From positions 1 to 36,681 of the IMG/VR virus record IMGVR_UViG_3300020151_002519: a stretch of DNA of 36,681 nt; one strand, written 5' to 3'. The notes below the pieces were generated by a model. It saw only the letters and a list, made by a program, of their open reading frames with translations, had not been told where the DNA came from and did no database searches. Position numbers and translations under genes: made by a program. Source of the DNA: a virus. Lineage: Duplodnaviria; Caudoviricetes. Positions 9,579 to 17,200 of the stretch are shown piece after piece. Position 1 is the first letter of the stretch. Each line of letters starts with the position of its first letter.

Positions 9579-10442
9579 TCACGCCGCCACCCGCTCCGAT
9601 GCCGGCACAAAAAAACAGCGCCGGTTCACCTGGAAGATCCTCGGCTTCGGGATCTTCCCGCGGTTCATGAGGCAATAGAGCGCATGCGGCGTCGTCCCCA
9701 TCCGCTGCGCCTCGCGCGCCAGCCATTCCTTCATCGGCACGTGATCCGGCGGCACCACGCCCGCCTTGATCCGTTCCAGCGTTTTCACCGCGCACAGCCT
9801 CGCCCGCGCCGTCTCATCCGTCGCAAAAGCCTCCATCACGGACGTCAGCCGTTCCCGCACCTGCGGCGTGCAAACCGTCCGCCGGCCTCTCAGGATGCCA
9901 TGCACCGTATTCAGTCCCACCGTGCCCAGTTGCTCGCGCAGCCGATTCAGCACCAGTCCCTCCGCCACCGCCTTTTGCAGACGGATGCGCAGCACCCCCA
10001 CCTCCGCCGCGATCACCGAGCGCGCCGCCTCCTTCGCCGCCATCCGCTGCGCCGCATCCGCCCGGCGCTTCTCCCACACCCGCGGCCGACGCCGCGCCAT
10101 CACCGCCGCCGCTCCGTGCTCCCGCACCTCCGCCACCATCTCCAAATGCCGCGCCTGGCGATCCGCCCGCGCCGCCGCATCGATCGGCAGACCCGAAACG
10201 CGTTTCGTATTCGCCCAGGAAGCCGCGCTCACCAGCTCCCCTGTCTCCGCATCCTCCACCACCTCCAGCAGACCGCGCCGGAACAGCGCAAAATTCAGCC
10301 GCTGATCCTCCACGGATGCCCCTGGCATATCCTTCCACGTCCGCCCATTCCACGTCATCTGCCACGGCAGACACCCCGCGCTCGAGCACCGCGTCACCGA
10401 TCCCACGTCAACACCGTCAATCTGGTCAGTGAGATCCTTCAC
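9579..10442 (-). CDS. Hypothetical DNA-binding protein with HTH-like segments
   Basis: LREQLGTVGLNTVHGILRG and AQRMGTTPHALYCLMNRGKIPKP are HTH/AlpA-like. Confidence 0.55.
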   Translation of the reverse strand: MKDLTDQIDGVDVGSVTRCSSAGCLPWQMTWNGRTWKDMPGASVEDQRLNFALFRRGLLEVVEDAETGELVSAASWANTKRVSGLPIDAAARADRQARHLEMVAEVREHGAAAVMARRRPRVWEKRRADAAQRMAAKEAARSVIAAEVGVLRIRLQKAVAEGLVLNRLREQLGTVGLNTVHGILRGRRTVCTPQVRERLTSVMEAFATDETARARLCAVKTLERIKAGVVPPDHVPMKEWLAREAQRMGTTPHALYCLMNRGKIPKPRIFQVNRRCFFVPASERVAA

Positions 10443-10750
10443 GCCGCCACCCCCTCTCCAGAGTGGGAGACCGGGAGACTATGAGACGGGGAGAATCCCA
10501 CCATCGCCAGCCCCCAGCAACGCCGAGCCTCCTTCGCATGCCAGCGCGCCGTCTCGATGACAGAAGGCAGCTTCGACTCCCGCGCAGTGCGGCGAGCATC
10601 AAGAGCACGCTCACGCGCAATCCCAAAATCCACCAACGCCTGGTGAGGCACCTGAAACCAAGCCTGCTGCCACAGCGGCCCCGGCCCTTTGCTCAGGTTA
10701 TTCTGACTCTCTGCTCTCTGCTCTCTGCTCTTTGCTTGGTTTGTTTTCAT
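10439..10750 (-). CDS. Hypothetical protein
   Basis: ATG at 10750 with GGAGG SD; GTGA overlap with the next gene. Confidence 0.5.
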   Translation of the reverse strand: MKTNQAKSREQRAESQNNLSKGPGPLWQQAWFQVPHQALVDFGIARERALDARRTARESKLPSVIETARWHAKEARRCWGLAMVGFSPSHSLPVSHSGEGVAA

Positions 10751-10863
10751 CGTCTTCCTCCGATGTTTATTGTTTGGGTTTGGGTTTGGTCTCCCGCCCG
10801 CCACCGCCGAGCCCATCGGGCTCTCACTCTCCCCAGAGTGGCGGCAGCGGGCCGGAAAAGGGG

Positions 10864-11049
10864 TCACGCCGCCATCGCGGGCGATTCGCCGCTCACCTGC
10901 GGAGCCTGCCGGTGCTGGCGGCGCAGTCGCAGCGCCTCCACCAGGATCGATTCGATCGGCACCTGCCGTTCCAGAGTCTCCGCCAGCAGCTCACGCTGCT
11001 CGTCAGGGTTGAGTCGGTCGCTAAAATCAAGAGTTAGGGTTGCTTTCAT
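10864..11049 (-). CDS. Small Cro-position regulator
   Basis: First gene of the early operon, divergent from the repressor; IESILVEALRL resembles ADQIIAEALRL in the repressor. Confidence 0.55.
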   Translation of the reverse strand: MKATLTLDFSDRLNPDEQRELLAETLERQVPIESILVEALRLRRQHRQAPQVSGESPAMAA

Positions 11050-11052
11050 GTG

Positions 11053-11143
11053 CAATGGGTAACTAAGCGGATTTAAACAGACCCATTGTCTATGTCAAAA
11101 GAAAAGTTGCCCATTGTATTAAAACGGGTAACTTTAGTTACCC
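11053..11143. promoter_or_regulatory. Divergent immunity switch region with operators and a leftward sigma70-like promoter
   Basis: AT-rich; palindrome GGGTAACT-TT-AGTTACCC at 11126-11143, a half-site near 11057, inverted repeat CAATGGGT/ACCCATTG, and minus-strand TTGACA at 11093-11098. Confidence 0.7.
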
Positions 11144-11686
11144 ATGAAACCAGAACTTCTTCTCTCCTTGCGCCAATCTCGCGGCCTCACCCGCGATCAG
11201 CTCGCGCGCGAACTCGGCGGCTGCACCGCGCAGGCCATCGTCAAATGGGAGCGTGGCGAGCGCACCATCCCCGCATGGGTGGAGGAAAAAATGATGCGCG
11301 CCATCCCCGTCACCCTGCCGCTTGACGAGCTCCAACTGCTTTTAACCGAAGCGCAAAACACCGGCATCCCCGCCGATCAAATCATCGCCGAGGCCTTGCG
11401 TTTGTGGCTCGAAAAAAAAACAGCAGGCATGAACAAAATCGCTTCACAAAATGATTTTGAGTTAATAAAACCGCGCTCATGGCACCCGAAAAACCCTTGT
11501 GCGCAAACTGCCGATTCCATCACGCCTTTCCACACGTCCGCATCGCCGACGGCGACTGCCAACATTGTCCCGCTCCCCACGCAGCACGTGGTCAGCCCAA
11601 ACGAAACCTCCAGCGCAGCCCCCACCCCCGAACGCGCCGAAAAACTCGGCCTAACACCTAAACCCCGCCGCAAACACGGCGCTTGA
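11144..11686 (+). CDS. XRE-family HTH repressor (cI-like)
   Basis: LRQSRGLTRDQLARELGGCTAQAIVKWERGER is a canonical XRE HTH; divergent orientation. Confidence 0.85.
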   Translation: MKPELLLSLRQSRGLTRDQLARELGGCTAQAIVKWERGERTIPAWVEEKMMRAIPVTLPLDELQLLLTEAQNTGIPADQIIAEALRLWLEKKTAGMNKIASQNDFELIKPRSWHPKNPCAQTADSITPFHTSASPTATANIVPLPTQHVVSPNETSSAAPTPERAEKLGLTPKPRRKHGA

Positions 11687-11688
11687 TC

Positions 11689-11796
11689 ATGTGGGAATCC
11701 CTTCAAACCGTCGCCCAGATCCTCGGCATCGGCATCCTCGTCATCATCGGCCTCTTCATCGCCGCCGCCGCCAGCCAAAGCAATCGCCGCTGGTAA
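11689..11796 (+). CDS. Small single-pass membrane protein (35 aa)
   Basis: MWESLQTVAQILGIGILVIIGLFIAAAASQSNRRW; starts 2 nt after the repressor stop; below the ORF-track cutoff. Confidence 0.55.
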   Translation: MWESLQTVAQILGIGILVIIGLFIAAAASQSNRRW

Positions 11797-11834
11797 CCCG
11801 TCAATCCGGTCAACACCGTCCACCCCGTCACCTC

Positions 11835-12206
11835 ATGCAAACCTCCGAACCCATCCAAGCCTGGCGCATGACCCGCCACGAAACCAGCGGCAGCCGCCTC
11901 GTTGGCTTTGGCTTTGCCGTGCTCGCCCTCCTTTCGCTCCTCTTCGTCCCCCTGCTCATCGGCCTCCTCTTGTGCCCCCTCTTCGCCGTCCTCAGCTACG
12001 CCTGCGACATCAAAAAGCGCCCCGTCCCCTACTGCGGCCACTGCGGCACAGATGTCTCCCCGCTCACCACCCTCTGCCCCTACTGCCACTCCCATCTCCA
12101 CACCCCACCCAAACGCATCGACTGGGTCTGGGTCACCCTCGCCCTCACCGCCATCGCCGCGTTCATTTTCTTCTACATCTTCCGCCCCGCCGCCTACATG
12201 CCCTAG
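11835..12206 (+). CDS. Membrane protein with zinc ribbon (possible superinfection exclusion)
   Basis: TM segments flanking CGHC..CPYC; lies in the repressor operon. Confidence 0.65.
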   Translation: MQTSEPIQAWRMTRHETSGSRLVGFGFAVLALLSLLFVPLLIGLLLCPLFAVLSYACDIKKRPVPYCGHCGTDVSPLTTLCPYCHSHLHTPPKRIDWVWVTLALTAIAAFIFFYIFRPAAYMP

Positions 12207-12243
12207 CACCGTCAATCCGGTCAACCCCGTCAATCCTGTCCAC

Positions 12244-12276
12244 GAAAAAGGCCGCTCAATTCGAGCGGCCTTTTTC
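12244..12276. terminator. Bidirectional intrinsic terminator
   Basis: GAAAAAGGCCGCTC-AATTC-GAGCGGCCTTTTTC between convergent genes. Confidence 0.9.
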
Positions 12277-12361
12277 ATACCCATCCAATCCTCCTCCGAC
12301 TCCGCCTCCTACTCCATCTCCCTCAGATCGAGTCGGAGTAGGAGCAGGAGTCGGAGTCAGA

Positions 12362-13597
12362 TCACAAACCCACCCCAAACCACCCCTCCCCATCCTCCTT
12401 TCTCAACGGCCTCCGATAACTCCTGCGGATCTCACTCTCGCTATTCCCGCACCACTCCGCCACCTGCCCGCGACCATGCCCCTGCGCCAATCGATACGAG
12501 ATATACGAATGCCGCATCACATCCTGCGGCCACGAATCAATCAGCCCGCGCTTCCGCAGCAGCCGCGACACAAACACTTGGTCATCACTCCGCACGATGT
12601 GCCGCGCCTTCCGCCGACCCTGCCGCGCCCCCCAAAACAACTCCGACGCCGTCAGCCGCTCATAAAGCAGCCCCCGCACATTCGCCGGGATCGGCACAAA
12701 CCGCTGTTGCATCACCTTCTGCGCCACATCCGCGTCCACGCACAAGTAACCCCGCTCCCAATCAAACTTCCCCGGCACCACCCGCCCCATCTCAAACGGC
12801 CGCAGGCCCATCCAGCAGCCGACCACGAGGTAAGTCAGTGACTCATTCAGCTCCTCACGCACCACCGACAAAACACGCCGCGCCAGATCCACGCTCCAGA
12901 TCTCCGGCACCTTATCCACCCATCGCGCCGGCTTGATGAGCTCCGCCGCATGCCCCTCCTCACGCACCAGCATTCGCTGCTTCCGCGCCCAATTCATGAA
13001 CGTCTTCCAAGTCGCCAGCCGATTGTTGAAATACCGCCAGCCAGGCTCCCCGCCATCCTCATTTGCCCGAGCAATCCACGCCCGCAGCATCCCCTCATCC
13101 ACATCCGTGATCAGCACATCCCCACGGCCACCCGCATCCACAAACGCCCGCAGATCCTTCTGCATCCCCCGCTTGTAGAGCCCCACCTTGAAGCCTTGCA
13201 AAAACGACTCCACCGCCTCCTCCATCGTCGCCTGGATGAGCTGCCCATGCCCTGCGCGCAGGTAAGCCTCGCACGCCCGCACCACATGCGAAAAGCCGCC
13301 CACACGCGCCACCACATCCCGCAGTTGCTCAACCACCGCCGGCAGCGACCGCGCCCCCACGATCTCCTTCAGTCCCTCCACCGCCTGCGCCTCCAAAACC
13401 GTCACCACCCGCGAACCCGAAGCCCCCGCCAGCTCCCGCACCTTCGCCCGAGCAAACCGCCGCGCCCGTTCCAGCGACACCGCCGTCGTTGATCTCCCCT
13501 TCTTAGCCTCCCGCCAAGTAATCGCAAAAAACCCATTTGAGCGCGGTTTGATCCGCACCGAGGCCCCGCCATAGGAAACAATTTCGCCCGCATTCAT
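12362..13597 (-). CDS. int: Tyrosine recombinase (phage integrase)
   Basis: GLRPFE (R), MRHSYIS (H-x-x-R region variant), CGNS..IRRSY (catalytic Y); adjacent to attP. Confidence 0.9.
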   Translation of the reverse strand: MNAGEIVSYGGASVRIKPRSNGFFAITWREAKKGRSTTAVSLERARRFARAKVRELAGASGSRVVTVLEAQAVEGLKEIVGARSLPAVVEQLRDVVARVGGFSHVVRACEAYLRAGHGQLIQATMEEAVESFLQGFKVGLYKRGMQKDLRAFVDAGGRGDVLITDVDEGMLRAWIARANEDGGEPGWRYFNNRLATWKTFMNWARKQRMLVREEGHAAELIKPARWVDKVPEIWSVDLARRVLSVVREELNESLTYLVVGCWMGLRPFEMGRVVPGKFDWERGYLCVDADVAQKVMQQRFVPIPANVRGLLYERLTASELFWGARQGRRKARHIVRSDDQVFVSRLLRKRGLIDSWPQDVMRHSYISYRLAQGHGRGQVAEWCGNSESEIRRSYRRPLRKEDGEGWFGVGL

Positions 13598-13725
13598 TAC
13601 CCACCATTACACACGCGAAAAAGCCAAAAAAAGCCCAAAAAGGCCCCAAACGTCATTTTCCCCACATCCCCCGCCAAAACGCGAATTCCCCTCCTAAAAC
13701 ACCCCATTCCACCCCCTCAAAAAAG

Positions 13726-13747
13726 GGTGGAGGCGAGGGGAGTTGAA
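13726..13747 (-). other. attP core: 3' end of tmRNA (or tRNA-Ala)
   Basis: Minus strand TTCAACT-CCCCT-CGCCTCC-A-CC reads as T-loop, T-stem 3' strand, acceptor 3' strand with U70, discriminator A; arm-like TTAC(A/C)C repeats at 13595-13614 and 13788-13807. Confidence 0.8.
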
Positions 13748-13830
13748 GCGTTCTCGATTGCCTACGTGGACGGAGGTGGCTCGGGCGATTACACGCGTTT
13801 TACACACTCAGCCGCGCGTGAAACGATGCG

Positions 13831-14394
13831 CTATTGTGAACTCTGAAAGTGCATGGCGTCGCGGTGCCAGAATGCGCCGGCGGGGATCCAGCCTTCGGAG
13901 GCGAAGATTTCCATCACCTCGAAGGGCATGGTGGCGCGGACGGGCCAGGGGGTGTTGAGACCGTTGGACTCGGCGTCGAAGTCGATGGCGGCTCCGCGGG
14001 CGTGGAGGCTGGGCAGGCGACCGTTTCGCATGGGGCGGTTCGCGTAGCATCCGTCAAAGCGGCGCAGGATGGCTTTGTGCGGGCTCGCGTTGAGGGCGAT
14101 CAGGATGCGCTCGAGGCTTTCGGATACGCGGCGGTGGCAGCGGATGGTTTTGACGGGGCGGTTGTCGTAGCAAATGCCGAGGCCGCTGACGTCGAGATTG
14201 ACGAGCTTGGATTCATCGCCGGGGGAACCGTAGAAAGCTTGCAGATCAGCCTGCGAGCTTTTCGGCCATGGATTCTTTTTGGGCATCAGGGATCGCAGGT
14301 GAGCTTGCGCGGCGGCGATGCTTTTGGGTCCCCAAAAACCATCGGGCTCGACTTTGAGGCGTTTTTGAAGGGCGATGATTTCGGTGATGTTCAT
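13831..14394 (-). CDS. Endolysin, M15-family peptidase with N-terminal peptidoglycan-binding motif
   Basis: LQKRL.VEPDGFWGPKS binding motif; R..SLHARGAAID..DAMHFQ zinc-peptidase motifs; start at ATG 14394. Confidence 0.85.
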   Translation of the reverse strand: MNITEIIALQKRLKVEPDGFWGPKSIAAAQAHLRSLMPKKNPWPKSSQADLQAFYGSPGDESKLVNLDVSGLGICYDNRPVKTIRCHRRVSESLERILIALNASPHKAILRRFDGCYANRPMRNGRLPSLHARGAAIDFDAESNGLNTPWPVRATMPFEVMEIFASEGWIPAGAFWHRDAMHFQSSQ

Positions 14395-14498
14395 GAGCGG
14401 AAAATCGAGCACAGACCCCAAACGATCAGGGCGAGCGCGGTGAAAATGAGGCCGAGGAGCTCCGGGAGATTGGTGGCGGCGGCGAGCATGGCGATCAT
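14391..14498 (-). CDS. Small membrane protein, holin-like (35 aa)
   Basis: MIAMLAAATNLPELLGLIFTALALIVWGLCSIFRS; ATGA overlaps on both sides. Confidence 0.55.
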   Translation of the reverse strand: MIAMLAAATNLPELLGLIFTALALIVWGLCSIFRS

Positions 14499-15154
14499 GC
14501 GGTGGGGGCGTGGATGCGCGGGGTGAAGACCGGGATCTGCTCGTGCTCAAAGATCTGGCGCATGGTGTCTTCAAATTGATCGCCGCGGGCGAACCAGTCG
14601 CTGTGGCCGTAGGTGTTGTTGGAGGCGTTGACGACGTCGCCAGGATGCGCGGCGGTGAATTGCTCCGCCTTGGCTCCGAGGTTGCCGTAGCCGAGTCCTG
14701 CCCAGCCAAAGAGCAGCTTTGAGACGGGCGCGAGGAGTCGCAGGGGCGCGTCTTTGGTGCTGCCGTAGAGGTAGATGCGGCCGACGCTGCCTTGGCGGAG
14801 CGCGGTGGCAAAGTCGGCGGGCTCGGCAGCGGGGGCGAAAAGGTGGACGCTTTCGAGCGACACGTTGAGCCTGGTGAGCAGTCCAGCGAGGATGGCGCAT
14901 CCGTTGCTGTGGCCGACACCGATGATGCGCGTGAATCCGGCGCGGCGATAGAAGCCGATCATGTTGGCAACGGCCTCAGTGCGGGCGCGCTGGCGGATGA
15001 ACCGCGTGGCGAAGTTCGTGTGATATTCGAACTTCTCGCCATAGATGCCATCGGGCGTGCGAGTGTGCGTCCAGGTCACGGCGCGATCGGTCCAGCCATC
15101 GGCGTCGCCGGGATCGGCGTGGATGCCATTGATGAAGAGGACGAGGGTGCGCAT
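14495..15154 (-). CDS. Alpha/beta hydrolase (lipase/esterase-like)
   Basis: FINGI oxyanion region, GHSNG nucleophile elbow, D after a strand, C-terminal GHSDWF. Confidence 0.8.
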   Translation of the reverse strand: MRTLVLFINGIHADPGDADGWTDRAVTWTHTRTPDGIYGEKFEYHTNFATRFIRQRARTEAVANMIGFYRRAGFTRIIGVGHSNGCAILAGLLTRLNVSLESVHLFAPAAEPADFATALRQGSVGRIYLYGSTKDAPLRLLAPVSKLLFGWAGLGYGNLGAKAEQFTAAHPGDVVNASNNTYGHSDWFARGDQFEDTMRQIFEHEQIPVFTPRIHAPTA

Positions 15155-15211
15155 GGAGCGTGCGCAGTGTCAAAAATCAGCACACGCTGAAGCGTGAACA
15201 ACGTGCTTTGA

Positions 15212-15589
15212 TCACTGCGGCTGTTCGCCGCAGTCTGCGGCAGTTTGCGGCTCGATGCGGGCGACGTCGGAGGTGGTCAAATACTCGCGATGGGTGCCGA
15301 TGAGGGCGGCTTTGGCGGGATCGGCGGCGGCGTCGCCGGTGATGACGCTGGCGCTTTGTGTGGGCGCGGGGCCGGATCCGGGTTTGCTGAGGATGAGATT
15401 GAGGATGCCGACGACGACTCCGGCGATGATGAGCCAGTTGAGCTTGCTGAGCGTGGCGTCGATTTTTTCGAGCGTGGTTTCGGTCAGGTGCATGCGTGCG
15501 GAGAGTCCATCGCGACTGTCGTCACCGCCATAGACGGTGCGCTCAAGGCGAGCGATGCGGGTTTCGTGTTCTTCGGCGTCATGGCCCAT
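15212..15589 (-). CDS. Coiled-coil plus TM protein, holin/XhlA-like
   Basis: HETRIARLE coiled coil followed by WLIIAGVVVGILNLIL; first gene of the lysis block. Confidence 0.55.
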   Translation of the reverse strand: MGHDAEEHETRIARLERTVYGGDDSRDGLSARMHLTETTLEKIDATLSKLNWLIIAGVVVGILNLILSKPGSGPAPTQSASVITGDAAADPAKAALIGTHREYLTTSDVARIEPQTAADCGEQPQ

Positions 15590-15621
15590 ATGGCATGGGT
15601 TAAGTCAAATGCTGTAAAGTA

Positions 15622-17148
15622 TTAAGGCTGGGTAGCCAAGACGGTGGTGGTGCCATCGGCCCACTTGACGACAAGACGGGTTTTTCCGGAGCCGTTGTCT
15701 TCGGCGTAAACGCGGAACCGGTCTGCCGATGGTGTGCCTGGTGCGGTCATTTCGAGCAGCTCCCATGCCGCGCCAGTGGTGCCGCCGCTGCCATTGCGCA
15801 GGGCGAGCACGTCGGTGGTCTCACCGTAGATGGTGCCGTAACGAATCACGGCATTGGCATCTGTGAACCGAAGGCTGGGATTGGTGGTGCCAAGCTGGAG
15901 ATTCGTCAGTCGAAATTCGTTCCCAAACGCTCCCAAAGACGCGACAGCGCTGCGGTCGCTGCCTTGGAGTGTGATGGTGGCTGAATTGCTTGATGCCCCG
16001 AAGGTGGCGCTTCCAGTGGAGGCGGTGACGGCAAAGGCTTGGGTGGTGCCGCTGGCTCCACCGAGTAGGCGGATGAGTGTGGAGGAGGCGTTGCTGGATG
16101 TGTTGGTGGCGGCAAACTCAAGGCCACGGAAGGTGACGGCGGCGTTGTTCCATGCTTGCGTGATGTTGAGCGGAGGCGTGGAGCTGGTGGCGGTGCCTGC
16201 GGTGATGTTGAGGGCTCCGGTCATCGTGTCGCCATCGAGTCGGACCATGCCGGCGGTCCAGCCGCTGCCGTTGTAGGCCTGGATTCGCGCGGCGGTGGTG
16301 TTCCAGATGACCATGCCTGCGGCGGGCGCTGCGATGGCATCACGTTGCGTCGTGGTGAGGTTGTTCAGGCGCAGGCCAGCGTGATCGGTGCCGCTGAATT
16401 GCTGGATGCCGGTGAAGGTGTTGCCCGCGAGCGTTGCGCCGCTGGTGATGGTGGTGGGTGCCCAGGCGCTGCCATTCCACGCGATGGCTTGGCCGCTGGT
16501 GGCACTGGTTTGAGCGAGCTGGGAGAGCGCAATCGTGTCGCCAGTGGTGATGAGTGTGCCGGTGGTGTTGGGAAGCGTCCACGTTTTGGTGAGGCCACTG
16601 GCGCTGCTGGCGAGGCGATGGGAACCAAACCAGATGCCCATGACGGTAGGGCCGGAGGTGAGACGGATGGCGGAGGCGGCGGTGAATTCACCGCTATCGC
16701 TATACACAGCGATCTTGCCGGCATCGGTGCCGAAGGTGTTCCCGCCGGTGCTTGTCGCGGTGTAGCTGAGGCTGCCGCTGCCGTTGTTGGTGAGGACGCC
16801 GGAGGCATCGGCGAGGCCTGCGAGGGCGGTCAGTCCGCTGTCGAGGGGCTGGTAGGTGCTGGCGGCGGTGCTGGTGGCCAGCTTGGCATCGAGGGCGGTT
16901 TGCAGATCGGTCTGCGAGCTCAGGGTGCCGGTGATGCTACCCCATGCGGCGGCAGCGGTGAATCCGGTGGCGGTGCCGTTGTTCACGATGCTGCCGCCAG
17001 CGTTGATGGTGAGGGTTTTACCGCTTGGGACGACGAGGTTTTCCACCAGTCCGTTGGTGCTGATGGTTTTGGTGACGTTTTTGACCTGCGCGGGGGCGTG
17101 CGAGGCGATGAGGAGCGCGGCGGCGGTGAGGAGTGCGAGGAGCTTCAT
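15622..17148 (-). CDS. Tail-fibre-like protein with N-terminal signal peptide
   Basis: WGSITGTLSSQTDLQTALDAK, YQPLDSGLTALAGL and LTTTQRDAI..PAAGMVIWNTT fibre motifs; G/T/S/A-rich; start MKLLALL at 17148. Confidence 0.7.
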   Translation of the reverse strand: MKLLALLTAAALLIASHAPAQVKNVTKTISTNGLVENLVVPSGKTLTINAGGSIVNNGTATGFTAAAAWGSITGTLSSQTDLQTALDAKLATSTAASTYQPLDSGLTALAGLADASGVLTNNGSGSLSYTATSTGGNTFGTDAGKIAVYSDSGEFTAASAIRLTSGPTVMGIWFGSHRLASSASGLTKTWTLPNTTGTLITTGDTIALSQLAQTSATSGQAIAWNGSAWAPTTITSGATLAGNTFTGIQQFSGTDHAGLRLNNLTTTQRDAIAAPAAGMVIWNTTAARIQAYNGSGWTAGMVRLDGDTMTGALNITAGTATSSTPPLNITQAWNNAAVTFRGLEFAATNTSSNASSTLIRLLGGASGTTQAFAVTASTGSATFGASSNSATITLQGSDRSAVASLGAFGNEFRLTNLQLGTTNPSLRFTDANAVIRYGTIYGETTDVLALRNGSGGTTGAAWELLEMTAPGTPSADRFRVYAEDNGSGKTRLVVKWADGTTTVLATQP

Positions 17149-17200
17149 GCGATTGAAAATTGAAAATTGGAAATTGGAGATTGGAAATTGCGGCCGGGCT

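Noticed and set aside
10380-10440. Possible degenerate attC encoding VGSVTRCSS at the start of 9579-10442
   Set aside because: Only a weak GATCCCAC/GTGAGATC pairing, with no AAC/GTT core boxes
5864-12243. CRISPR array or DGR template/variable repeats
   Set aside because: The repeats are 7-9-mers without unique spacers; no cas or reverse transcriptase gene and no long adenine-variant repeat pair was seen
12362-13597. Integrase as the integron integrase (IntI) serving the attC sites
   Set aside because: It sits beside a tmRNA-type attP with arm repeats, has an N-terminal arm-binding-like region, and shows no recognisable IntI-specific insertion. An intI HMM search is needed to exclude it formally.
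13700-13800. Complete tRNA or tmRNA gene
   Set aside because: Only the 3' 22 nt are present; there is no 5' acceptor strand, D arm or matching T-stem 5' strand
14395-14919. N-terminal extension of the endolysin ORF (likewise 31122-31421 and 17149-17250)
   Set aside because: These overlap better-supported genes or repeat tracts; internal ATGs give coupled starts
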